Positions 1 to 11,600 of a stretch of DNA of 59,397 nt are shown piece after piece (position 1 is the stretch's first letter; each line of letters begins with the position of its first letter). The notes under the pieces were generated by a model that was given only the letters and a program-made list of their open reading frames with translations, was not told the origin of the DNA and did no database searches. The stretch is from Octopus bimaculoides (lineage: Eukaryota), in contig NC_068981.1 in assembly GCF_001194135.2 (NCBI RefSeq), positions 90,418,521 to 90,477,917 of the forward strand, in the 5' to 3' direction. Both the position numbers and the translations under genes were made by a program.

Positions 1-474
1 TATATATATATATATATATGTACACACTATGCGCGGTGCGCACTAATCGTTATACGCTTATTTACTTATATGTACGCATATGTATGAATGAATACATATC
101 TATGGAGATAAAATTTACATGTATTTATAGAGCGAGGTCACTAAAAGGGAGGCCTTTGATTCTTAAAATTGAAATCATTGTCTCTGCACATGTTAACTGT
201 CACGAAGTCCACTTTCATATCTATTTTCAACAATACCATGTGTTTGCAACCGTATTTGCGTGGGTAAATTCATGCATACTTGAAATAATAAAAAAAAATT
301 TGTCTTTAATCTGTCGAAACTGTGGAGGCGTATGTATATATGTATGTATGTATGTATGTAGTAAATCCAAAAAGAAGAACAAACACAATAAACACAACAC
401 GAGGACGTGGTATATATAAAGTATTAGCAGACGCTCAGAGAAGGAAAGAATGTATATATATATATATATATATA

Positions 475-565
475 CTAGCAGAAATACCCGGCGTTGCCCG
501 GGTTAAAGAGAATAATGAAATCTAAAAACGCCGTCTAGACTACGCATCATCTTTATATATAGAGA
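475..565 (-). mobile_element. Minimal non-autonomous Helitron (91 bp)
   Basis: Minus strand A|TCTCTATATATAAAG..ACCCGG-gcaacg-CCGGGT hairpin..CTAG|T: 5' TC, 3' hairpin + CTAG, A/T insertion site. Confidence 0.8.
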
Positions 566-758
566 TGTATATACACACACGCACCCAAACACACGTATAT
601 ATATGTATATCAATATAAATATATGAAAGTCAATGAAGTTTCGTAAAAGAAGGTGATCATGTACATACTTTCTTGCTGTTGTGATTATAACACCTCATTG
701 TAAACTATGTTCCTTGTTTTCCCTTGTGGAGCATATACAAATAGGTTTTTTTGCTGCC

Positions 759-1405
759 NNNNNNNNNNNNNNNNNNNNNNNNNNNNNNNNNNNNNNNNNN
801 NNNNNNNNNNNNNNNNNNNNNNNNNNNNNNNNNNNNNNNNNNNNNNNNNNNNNNNNNNNNNNNNNNNNNNNNNNNNNNNNNNNNNNNNNNNNNNNNNNNN
901 NNNNNNNNNNNNNNNNNNNNNNNNNNNNNNNNNNNNNNNNNNNNNNNNNNNNNNNNNNNNNNNNNNNNNNNNNNNNNNNNNNNNNNNNNNNNNNNNNNNN
1001 NNNNNNNNNNNNNNNNNNNNNNNNNNNNNNNNNNNNNNNNNNNNNNNNNNNNNNNNNNNNNNNNNNNNNNNNNNNNNNNNNNNNNNNNNNNNNNNNNNNN
1101 NNNNNNNNNNNNNNNNNNNNNNNNNNNNNNNNNNNNNNNNNNNNNNNNNNNNNNNNNNNNNNNNNNNNNNNNNNNNNNNNNNNNNNNNNNNNNNNNNNNN
1201 NNNNNNNNNNNNNNNNNNNNNNNNNNNNNNNNNNNNNNNNNNNNNNNNNNNNNNNNNNNNNNNNNNNNNNNNNNNNNNNNNNNNNNNNNNNNNNNNNNNN
1301 NNNNNNNNNNNNNNNNNNNNNNNNNNNNNNNNNNNNNNNNNNNNNNNNNNNNNNNNNNNNNNNNNNNNNNNNNNNNNNNNNNNNNNNNNNNNNNNNNNNN
1401 NNNNN
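759..1405. other. Assembly gap. Other gaps: 3000-3477, 13950-14000, 16763-16772, 36458-36900, 41585-42067, 49090-49558, 51623-51632, 55031-55752, 59020-59029
   Basis: Runs of N. Confidence 0.99.
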
Positions 1406-1428
1406 ACATCTATATGTATACATATACA

Positions 1429-1464
<36 letters not shown>

Positions 1465-1499
1465 TGTGAAAGTATCTGTCACTACAGTATCGAAATTTG

Positions 1500-1795
1500 A
1501 TTGTTTCAGTTAGTGGAATAGTTTCATTTTTAAAGTGAAAGTATTTGACATGAGTGTTTTTGTTTCACTTTTGACACGTAATACTTAAATAGTGGAGGAG
1601 ATATTATGTTGCCGTGTGCTCGAACTCTGCAAGAAGTTAATAATTTTTTTTGACTAAAACACAACTGGAACCCTAAGTAAGGCATGTGTAAAATTTGAAT
1701 GAAATTGGTTGCGTAGTTCTCGAGTTTTAGGGATTCACACAGACAGACAGACAGACAGACACACACACACACATTCTCATTTATATATATATAGA
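1500..1795 (-). mobile_element. Non-autonomous Helitron 5' portion (Lep1-like organisation)
   Basis: Minus strand starts A|TCTATATATATATAAA followed by (TG)n(TCTG)n and 'actacgcaaccaatttcattcaaatttt'; 3' end not seen (gap nearby). Confidence 0.65.
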
Positions 1796-2070
1796 TGTAT
1801 GTATGCTACCTTGCCAAGTCTCACGATAAAGTCGTGTGTTTCACGATTTTACTTGTAAACTCACGCTGACACGTTTTCACAAACACTTTCACAAACACTT
1901 TCTCACGGCCTCTTCGAATATAAACTCTATGGTTCGTATCATCATACAATTGGAAAAAAAATTTATTACGCGAGTGGCCCGCAATTGTGGTGGACGGCGT
2001 TTATGCGCAGGCTAGAAATCTTGAGCCGCGAGTCAGCGTCTTTGCGACACAGAAGCTAGAAACTGCAAGG

Positions 2071-2190
2071 ATAGGGATAGGGTTTTAGAGTTAGGGTTAG
2101 GGTTTTAAGGTTTTAGGGTTAGAATTGGGTTTTTAGGGTTAGGGGTTTTAGGGTTTTAGGGTTAGGGTTGGGATTTTAGGGTTAGAGTTA
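2071..2190 (+). repeat. Degenerate interstitial (TTAGGG)n-like tract
   Basis: Run of ttaggg/ttttaggg/ttagag variants over ~120 bp. Confidence 0.85.
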
Positions 2191-3477
2191 CGGAAAACAA
2201 ACGACTTCATTTCAATGAATGCTAGGAGAATGCTAGGAGAATCCCTAAACAGATGCTATACGACAGACTTGTTTTTTATTAAAACGCCCAGGTCTTTTCT
2301 GCTTGGTTGTCACTTTTCAATTTCTTCAATTTTGTTCCACTTGATTCATATTTGGTGAATAAATGTAGTTTTGTATGATAATTTTTGATATGAAATTCTT
2401 TTCCCCCACAAATCAATAAATACAGAGTTAATAGCTTTTAAGTATACAAATTTAGGGTAATTTTAACCAATCGAAAGTCGCAGACATTTTCTGAAAATTC
2501 CAAAAAATAAAGAAGTTATGAGGGATTATATGGCCTGCGTTAAGCAGAATTCCGCCAATGTTTCATTTGTTTTATAGTTTGATGTTAAAACACATGCTAT
2601 CGTTGCAATGTTGAGAACACGCGCGGTCACGCACAAAATGACGGCTTCCAAATCCTGTTTTCTGGCCGGGTAAAAATGATCAAACTTAAAACTTACGTAA
2701 CTTTTTTTTGTTTTTTTTTTTTGAGCAAGTGTATTACACCCTGAGATTCAATGCGAAAAATTTTTTATCAAAACACCAAATTTGAAAATTTTCACTTAAT
2801 TTCAAAATTTCAAAAAGTGCTGCTAACCAGAAAAGATAACAAGCGCCCCAACGGAAACTAAGTCAACAGTTTAAGGATTTTTAAAGATTATGAGTTAATC
2901 GATGTATCGACACTAGTAATTCTGTCCACCTCGGAAGGAAACAAGTAAGAATTGACCTTCGCGAGATTTGAACTCAGAATGTAAAGAGTCGAAAGAAATN
3001 NNNNNNNNNNNNNNNNNNNNNNNNNNNNNNNNNNNNNNNNNNNNNNNNNNNNNNNNNNNNNNNNNNNNNNNNNNNNNNNNNNNNNNNNNNNNNNNNNNNN
3101 NNNNNNNNNNNNNNNNNNNNNNNNNNNNNNNNNNNNNNNNNNNNNNNNNNNNNNNNNNNNNNNNNNNNNNNNNNNNNNNNNNNNNNNNNNNNNNNNNNNN
3201 NNNNNNNNNNNNNNNNNNNNNNNNNNNNNNNNNNNNNNNNNNNNNNNNNNNNNNNNNNNNNNNNNNNNNNNNNNNNNNNNNNNNNNNNNNNNNNNNNNNN
3301 NNNNNNNNNNNNNNNNNNNNNNNNNNNNNNNNNNNNNNNNNNNNNNNNNNNNNNNNNNNNNNNNNNNNNNNNNNNNNNNNNNNNNNNNNNNNNNNNNNNN
3401 NNNNNNNNNNNNNNNNNNNNNNNNNNNNNNNNNNNNNNNNNNNNNNNNNNNNNNNNNNNNNNNNNNNNNNNNNNNNN

Positions 3478-3780
3478 CTTTGCCTTTCATCCTTTCGGGG
3501 ATCGATAAATTAAGTACCAGTTACGCACTGGGTGTCGAAGTAATCGACTTAATCCCTTTGTCTGTCCTTGTTTGTCCCCACTACGTTTAGCCCCTTGTGG
3601 GCAATAAAGAAATAAGAAACGTTAGCACGCTGGCCGAAATGCTGTCTTTACGTTCTGAGTTCAAATTTCGCCGAGGTCGACTTTGCCTTTCATCCTTTCG
3701 GATCGTACTGGGATCGATCTAATCGACTGGCCCCCTCCCCCAAAATTTCGGGCCTTGTGCCTAGAGTAGCAAAGATTATT
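3478..3780 (+). mobile_element. tRNA-derived SINE family A, two partial copies. Other copies near 2895-2999(-), 4160-4300(+), 5580-5780(-), 13459-13680(+), 25705-25870(-), 26700-26910(+), 30580-31040(-), 44740-44950(+), 45340-45560(+), 48420-48780(-)
   Basis: Shared gttctgagttcaaat..gtcgactttgcctttcatcctttcggggtcgataaa..agtaccag core across copies. Confidence 0.85.
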
Positions 3781-3799
3781 ATAAGCATCACAGCAGCTT

Positions 3800-4010
3800 C
3801 ACATCGTGGCTTTTGCAGGGACCGAAACACGTTCCGCATAATTCAACACAAAGCATCTTCAGAAGAGCATGGAGCAACACTTCCATTGCATTTGTGGATC
3901 TGTTAAAGGCTTTTGATATTGTAAAGAGGAACCTTTTATGGCATACTCTCAGACAATTTTGTTGCCCGTCGTGAATTTCTTCCATTTCTTTTCAATACAT
4001 GAATGATGGC
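3800..4010 (+). mobile_element. Degraded RTE-clade LINE reverse-transcriptase fragment
   Basis: Translates to ..AFVDLLKAFDIVKRNLLWHTLRQFCCP.., matching the RTE FVDLxKAFDxVxRxxLWxxLxxFGCP motif; frameshifted. Confidence 0.75.
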
Positions 4011-5171
4011 TTGAGATGCTGGAGATCAGAAATGGGAGCTCTCCGTTGTAAAAATGAGGAGAGCTGAACAAGGTTGCCTACTGGCTTTTAGCTTCAAGGA
4101 ATGGCATTCCATAAATGCTCCGCTTTACATATTTTGAACACACACACTAGTTATTTTAATCGTATAGGTGGCCAATTAGCATAGTGTGCTTTGAAGTAAT
4201 CGTTTTGAGTTCTAGGTTCAAATCCCGCCGAGGTCGGCTTTGCCTTTCATCTTGTCGGAATCGATTAAAGTGCCACTCCTGTACTGGGATCGATTCTTTC
4301 TCGAACTCTTTCTTTCTTTCTCTTCCTTATGGAAGAAATCAACTGTGACCAGGCCTGTAGAGAGATGGGTTGTGCAAAGTCCGAAATTCTCAACAAATTC
4401 CATCAAAGAGTCGTGGGACAATGGTATGGCGTCTTGTTTAAGTGGAATAGCACCTCCTTTGTTAAATTTTCATGGAAATATTTTGGAAAGAAGGTAAGGA
4501 TTTATGTACTAAAATTATATTGGACCTTGATGCATCAGTCAAGTTTCGACTTACTGATAACACAATATTCTCTTCATATCTTAATCTGGAAAAAGGTTGT
4601 TTTTTTTCATAGAAAATATGGTTAAAATAGTATTTATTGTACCTGGTATACCGTCACCTGTTATAGACGAATGTGAAATGAAATTTCCTTAGATCGCTAA
4701 TTTCAACAGAATTCTCGGATACTTTTCACTGCACCAATCACAAAAAAGGTATTAGGAAATAGGGATAAGGGATGTTGTCACTTTGATGCTTTTCCTTGGA
4801 TGGTATTTGCAGTATCACTGAAATGAACCTACTCTACCAGAATGAAAATCAAAATGGTTAGCAATTTGGCTAGAGCGATTTCTAATAGTTATTTCTGGGA
4901 TAGAAACAATACTTAAAATATCTGCTGTGTAGGGGCTACAACACTCACAAGAACATGTGGACGTGAAATATAATTTCTATAATGGAAAGGCAGATAAATC
5001 AGCTCGCAGCATAATTCATTTATTGATATTATTATTAAATGCAATTAGTGAAAATAAATGTTGAAATGTATTGGGAATATACTGATTAAAGGGAGCAAAC
5101 TGCGTAAAACGTTTATTATTTATGACAACGCGAAGGTTACTTTTAATTAAACAAAACGGCATATTTTAAAC

Positions 5172-5399
5172 TAGTGGTACTCGACTGGGGTCCATATAAG
5201 ATTTTGTTGTTGAAATGTATGTGCAATAAAAGAGGTTATACTTTTACAACACGCAAAATATTTCAACATTTTTTTCTATAAAATTCTTAATAATATTCAA
5301 TTATAAAAACTATAGTAGAATTTTTAAACATTGACTGGTTATGAGGGATGAAATAGGAATGAAAGGGGCCCATGTGTAAAAACTGGTTGAGAACTACTG
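5172..5399. mobile_element. hAT-like MITE, degenerate
   Basis: Imperfect TIRs tagtggtactcgactgg / ctggttgagaactactg; partial TSD. Confidence 0.55.
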
Positions 5400-6699
5400 T
5401 TTTAGTTAGAGGAAATAGTCATTCTTTTTCAAAGATCATACGGTCGTCAAAGCCGTTACGTTAGCTTCTTAACTAAACACAAGACATAACCTGTTGATCT
5501 TGGGTACCTTTCTCAGGATCCGAGATGTTGAGGTTAACCTTCTTCTATATTCTCACCTTTCACAGAGGAGCTACGAAACATCAGTCCTGGTTTCAAATTT
5601 TTGGCACAAGGCCAGCAATTTCGGGGGAAGGGGATAGTCGATTACATTGACTGGTTCTTATCTTATCGACCTCGAAGGCATATAAGGCAAAGTCGACCTC
5701 AGCAGAATTTGAACTCATAACGTAAAGATGAACGAAACAGTGCTAAGCATTTTGCCAGGCGTACCCGTTTGCCGCCTTGCGAAACAGCAATATTGCTACT
5801 GAAACACTCCACTTCCTTCTTCTACAAAGTTCTTGTTTAATCCGAGGTAAACTCTACTCAAGCGGATTAATAATGATTGACATTCCGCACATAACCATTT
5901 CGTTTTGTTTGCAGAGCCGGCACCAGGATATTCATGCCCTTAGCCAGACCTAAAATATACACCTCCTTTTCTCAGCTGTACAATAAGAGACTACTTTTCC
6001 AATTTGTTTGTTTGTTTCTTTCTTTCTTTTTTTCCTTCTTTTTTTTCTTATTTCATTATATTTATAGGCTCAGGTGTGGCTGTATGGTCAAGAAGTTCGC
6101 TTTGCAACCATATGGTTTTCAGGTTCAATCCAGTTGCGTGACACCTTAGGCAAGAGTCTTCTACTATAACCCCGGATCGACCAATTCCTTGTGGGTAAAT
6201 TTGCTAGGTGGAAACTGTGAAGAAGCACGTCGTATATATCTGTGTCTTTGCGTGTGGTACGCACGCGCGTGTGTTGTCTGTCCCTCACCACTGTTTGACG
6301 ACTGCTGTCGGTTTGCTTACGCCCCCGTAAATTGGCACTTCGTCAAATGACACTGACAAATTCAGAATCAGACTTTAAAAAAAATATGGTAGGTCGATTT
6401 GTTCGACAAAACCCTTCAAGACCGCAATCCAGCATGACCGCAATCCACAAACTGAAACAAATAAAAGACAAATGAAGATCATCATCTAGATATTACCTTC
6501 ATTCACCAGCCAGAAAATGCAGTCGAAAAATGTCTGGTCTTTTTGAGAACTGGTTATTATACATTAACTAGATTTACTTTCCATCGCCGAATAATTATTT
6601 CTAGTCGGCTTTCTATTGCTTCCAACATTAAATATGTTAACCTTAACAAAACTTGTGTATGGCGTCCCTGAATTTTTTGTTTTCTAAATAATTGTATAT

Positions 6700-7810
6700 C
6701 CTTATAAACCCCAATGTAAGATTATGGGCATACCTACACAAATGTGCCCCCCACAGACTTTGTGACGTGTTAGATTCGGCGGCTTTGATCTGTTCTGCAC
6801 CTGGATCTACCGGCCTATTTTCCCCCCAGTCTCCTTCAGCCTCAGCCTCAACTGCGAGATAGTCCACAGATGTCGAACCAGATGTGGCCCAAGAACTGGA
6901 GTTGGCCCGAGCCGATGGGACCGCTGAAGGCCTTGCTCTACCTCCCAGAAAACAGTTGTCCAATGTAACTGGGATGGCATGAGAGGCAAGTCTGCCTTCG
7001 GGTGGATGAGACATCATTTGACCAGCACTACCTCGCTTACCTCCGTTCCACTTCGCAGCCGAACAACAGCGCATAGCTCAATTCGATGCCCTACTCATAC
7101 ACCGGTACCCTTCTAGATGATGGGTACACTTGTATCGGAGTGGCCTAACACCTCAGTCTCCGCGCGTGTGAGCCGCACAAATGCTGTTGTGGTGTGGTAG
7201 TCGATGAATTCGACCTGCATCAATAGCGCGGGCCGATTCCCTCGACACTCCACTCTGAAGGACATTATTAACCGGCTTCCCGTCTCAGCTGGAACCAGTA
7301 GGTCTTGACCGCGTGGACGGTAAGCACCCTGAAGAAATTCCCATTTGAGGGAGGCAACTCGCCAGTCTGGGACGCGACGTGCAGCAACAAATTCTCCGGT
7401 TCCAACCTTGCTGCATTGTCTGAAAACTCGGATATTGCCGCCCGTAACGCAGAAGAGAGGGAAATAAATAAGTATAGAAGCCTGACCGGCTGCTATCAGT
7501 CTGTGCCAGTCGCCATTGAGATCTCGGGTGTTCTCAGACCCTGCACTACCGATTTCCACCGCAAAATCAGGGTAACAGTGGCCCGACTGAGAGATGAACC
7601 CCGCGAGGTGGATTGGCTGCTGCAGCATGTGTCATTGGCCATTCTCCGCAGCAACGTCATCGCGGTCATCACTGCAGGGCGCGGCTGAGCACACCATCAA
7701 TTCTGGGATGTGTTACCCATTCCTCCCTCCGCTTTCTGCCACCTACCCCCTCACACCTATTTTTCTTTTTCTTTGTTTCCTTGCAATTAAACTGTGATTC
7801 AATAAAATTT
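6700..7810 (+). mobile_element. 3' relic of an RLE-type non-LTR retrotransposon (CRE/HERO-like)
   Basis: Degraded LNSMPYSYTGTLLDD..CEPHKCCCG..SAGRFPRH..LEPVGLDRVDGKHP..PVWDATC..KYRSL..PVAIE..VSLAILRSN: Zn-knuckle plus restriction-like endonuclease; several stops and frameshifts. Confidence 0.8.
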
Positions 7811-8375
7811 TGCCATGTCCAAATTTGCTAAGATAAAAATTTAAGTCACATGTATGCGTATATGTGACTTAAATCAAACATTTTAAATTCAGCATTAATA
7901 TCAGCTGTTCAATTAATCAAAAGGAGAAAAACACCAACATTCTCCTCTATTACGACTTCCTCCCAAGCGAAAGGGTTGCTACATAATTGCTGGAACCGCT
8001 AGGAATAGTACCCAAATCTCCCTCAAATAAGACCTCATCCTCTTACAAAAGGAGATATAGATACTTTGGTCCTGAGTTCTCTACACATAAGAAAAAGGCG
8101 AGTGTTCACGGTTGGATTGTCTTTAATCATAGGTCGTAGGCTAGCATTAGACAACTTCCTTACACGTGACAAAATAACAACCGTCAACAAAGTGTTTTCA
8201 AATAGCTAACTGGCGGACAACGCCGAGAATTAGCGACTTTTTATTTAGGGAATATCCACTTTCAATAGATTTTATTCAAAAATTCAAACAAGAATTTTTA
8301 AGCATGTTACTTTAAAAAATATGTATTTTTAATCAGTCGTGTTTATTTAATTGCTCTTTGTTCGTATTAAATAGG

Positions 8376-8457
8376 TTGGCGAAAATTTCGGTTAACTCCG
8401 GAAACTACCGAATCACATTTTCCGTCGTCCACGGTATCAACCGGCGCTAAGTTTGAA
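8376..8457 (+). promoter_or_regulatory. Anillin proximal promoter with CDE/CHR tandem element and E2F-like and Myb-like sites
   Basis: GGCGC-taag-TTTGAA (8443-8457); CAACCG (8438-8443); TTGGCGAAAA (8376-8385); CpG-rich patch ~140 nt upstream of the ATG. Confidence 0.6.
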
Positions 8458-8593
8458 TTAGATAACAGCAAGTATATTTTACCAGTATCTCGAACCTAAT
8501 TAATTATATTCAAATATACTTCTTGTGATTGTTATTTATTATTCAACACAAATCGACAAAAGGTATTCGAGTTCAGTCCCGATATATTACACC

Positions 8594-8611
8594 ATGGATG
8601 AAGAAACACGG
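8594..8611 (+). CDS. ANLN: Anillin exon 1 (MDEETR), phase-0 donor
   Basis: accATG GAT GAA GAA ACA CGG|gtaagt; joins exon 2 in frame to give the conserved anillin N-terminus. Confidence 0.85.
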
Positions 8612-11600
8612 GTAAGTTGGAAAATATAATATGCAAAAAAAGATATTGCCGTGAATATAAATTATGATGAGCCATAAGGCATTGTTTCTGTGTTAATGCA
8701 TCTCCCTCACTCGTTCAGGTTTTCTCTGACTGTCAATATATTATATATACTGTATATATTTAATTTAATTTCACTACTTTTAACTCTCCCACTTTTATAA
8801 GTACCTTTTCCTTATTTTAAATACTTTCTTAAATTTTAAAACTATTAACAGTTTTTAAATGTTTGCTTTCGTTTTTGCTTGACATATTTCCTTTTTTGGA
8901 AACATTTTTTCAGAAAGTTGGAAGTTGATGTTCATGCAAGTTTATTAATAATTTACTAGTTTTAGCTTATTTATTTATCTATTAATATTCAGCTTTAACT
9001 ATTGTCTTACTGTGTTCCTTATATTTGGTTAAGCATAAACATTTTTTCTTTGTAATTTTCTTTTTTTTATTTACACATTTAATTGAATTTAGCAAATTGT
9101 TTCATCAAATTTTGTTTCTGCAACTAATCGTATTTTTCTTCCATCTATATTATTTTTTTCTATATTTATCATTTCAAAACATTAGTAAATATTTTTTTTA
9201 TCTATTTTTTTTTTTTTTGTCTATTCAACGTTGCCTGAATTCATAATTTGAATCGACAACGATTAATTATTATAACATTATTATTCTCGAATTGAGCGCT
9301 GAACATTTTGCAAACAGCTCTTTTTCTTTTCCTAAAACTTTATACATTTTTAACTATGAATTTGTTAAAGATGTTAAATGACAGCTTCTATGATGACAAC
9401 GATTATGATTGCAACTCAGAACGAAAGACTTACACGCGCTCTTTAGCTCCTGTTGCTTCTTCGCCGATACGAGTCGGTGCACGAGCATCTTTTGACAGCC
9501 TTTCCTGGTCACTCTCTACTCAGTCTGATATCACAGAGGTTGATACATCTTGTTCCAGCTTCGTTTGCATCCCAACACAACGTAAGAACTGTTCACCAAA
9601 GGCTAAACGTCGTTCTGATTGTCCCCAACATCCGTCACTCCATAGACCAAATTTCACTATCAAACCACTCTCAATAACCACTAATTATTCGCCATCCTTA
9701 CAGTTAACTGATGGCTCTTCCGTTTTTTACACGCTCAGCAACTGTAATGATTCTTGTCTGACGTCCATCGCTGGCCATGTCGGCTCCGATTGCGAATTTG
9801 AATTCAATATTTCTGATAACAACGAAAAGAATAAATGCCACTCGGTCTTTCGGCTACGAAAAAACTTTGAACGGATGGCAGCTTCTAGTAAAGAAAATCG
9901 TTATGTTTGGGTTGGTATGTTTTTATTTAGATTGAAGTGAATTTAAAACCATTAAGGAAGTCTTAACTCTTGTCGACATTTGTTTTCTGTAGCCCTTATG
10001 TTATTTTTATAAATGCTACTATGACTTAATGTGTCACTCATTTATCGTATATATTGAATAGAAAAGGCAAAATTTGTGTTGGCATGGACAACAACGAAAG
10101 GTTGTTATAAAATTTATTGATTTGTCAGTGTTTGTTACCCTCAGGAATGCATGCCCTGGTTGAGCAGACCTACCAACGGGGTCCCAACCGTGACTGCTCT
10201 GTCCAATGCTAAAGTGCCAATGACGTTCCAATTAAGTCAGGAATTATCTAGTGCGCCATAAATCGCAAGTTCTTTGGTTATGTATATTTTAAGCATTGTA
10301 GATTACATTTTGCCAAATAAAATTCGACTCTATAGTTGGTTAGACCAGGGGTTTTCAAACTTTTTGACTTGCGGACCCCTTTATATTTCAGGCTTTACCT
10401 TAGACACCCTTATAAACGCTTATGAAATTTACACATAATTATTTGCTTAAAATAACATTTTTACATTTATTTATTTAACAGTATTTAACAAATAGGTTTA
10501 TTGTCAATTAAAAGATTTCGATTAAAAAACATATATAAAATCAAATTGCCCATAAAAAGTATTTGCTGTCCACGGACCCCCTGTCTTGTCCTTGCGGACC
10601 ACAGTTTGAAAACCCCTGGGTTAGACTATCTGCCTCCTTTTTCCCGTAATCTTTCAGTTTCGACTTCTTTTTCATATCTACGATTTAAAAAGTTACGCAT
10701 ATATTTGAAGATTCATCGTCCCGAATGTTAAAAAAAAAATTATAACGCAAAAATTAAGCAAAGTCCTCTTCTCCCTTGGATTTGCCCGCCCCCTCCCCCT
10801 GAATCGTAAAACATACACACATCCGTAGAAGTTTTGGATTTTGACGCACAAGATAATTTCCGACTCTCTTCTACAGGAATGCCCAACTGGCCATACTGTC
10901 TGTCATTACTTTTCTGAATCAATAAGTAGTTTGGAGAAAAAAAAATAGCTGTTATTTCTAACTGTTTGAACGACCACTTAGGGGGGTGGGGGGCACTTTT
11001 ATATACATGTAATGCATAACTAAGCTACGAATCCAGGTAAGGTATAATTGCAGTTCAGCTATCTTCCCTGACATTATTTTACCCATAACTCTTTTTTTTT
11101 TAATGTATATTTTAAATGAAAATTTGCAGAGATATGCTCGTGCTGATTAGGAATATCTTGATGAATTCTTTAAAATTATATTATTCAGAAAGAAAAAATA
11201 CGTATTTCTAAACCATTCTTTGTGGATCCTCAGGTGGATTATTAGGCCAATATTAGCACAAAATCTACGGTTACAATAGGGGCACGTTATAGGAGAGTCA
11301 AGACCCAATGGAGCTCTTGCTTTCTGTGGTGCAACATGACATAGAAGTAACTCTGCAGAATATCATCTGCAACACTTAATGTTTTTGTTTTTTTGAATAC
11401 TTGATCTGGATTATTTTAGGCTAATTTCTTTTTAACTCTGACATAATAATATCAATCAGGATAATGTTGTAGATTTAAAAAAAAAAAAAGTTACGTTCTG
11501 CAACGACCACCAAGTTATTGAATGCTGTCTCTGTTCCTTATATCTTTTATAGTTACGGATGACAACAGCTGTCACCCAAGTTTAAAACCACATTTGACCC

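Noticed and set aside
681-1513. Long six-frame ORFs here and at 2888-3513, 36420-37012, 41444-42264, 49065-49637, 54860-55804
   Set aside because: They are open only because they run through N gaps.
5780-5960. Mini-intron-like gt..ag pair (ccgag|gtaaac..tttgcag|) upstream of the gene
   Set aside because: No coding frame or partner exons; expected by chance.
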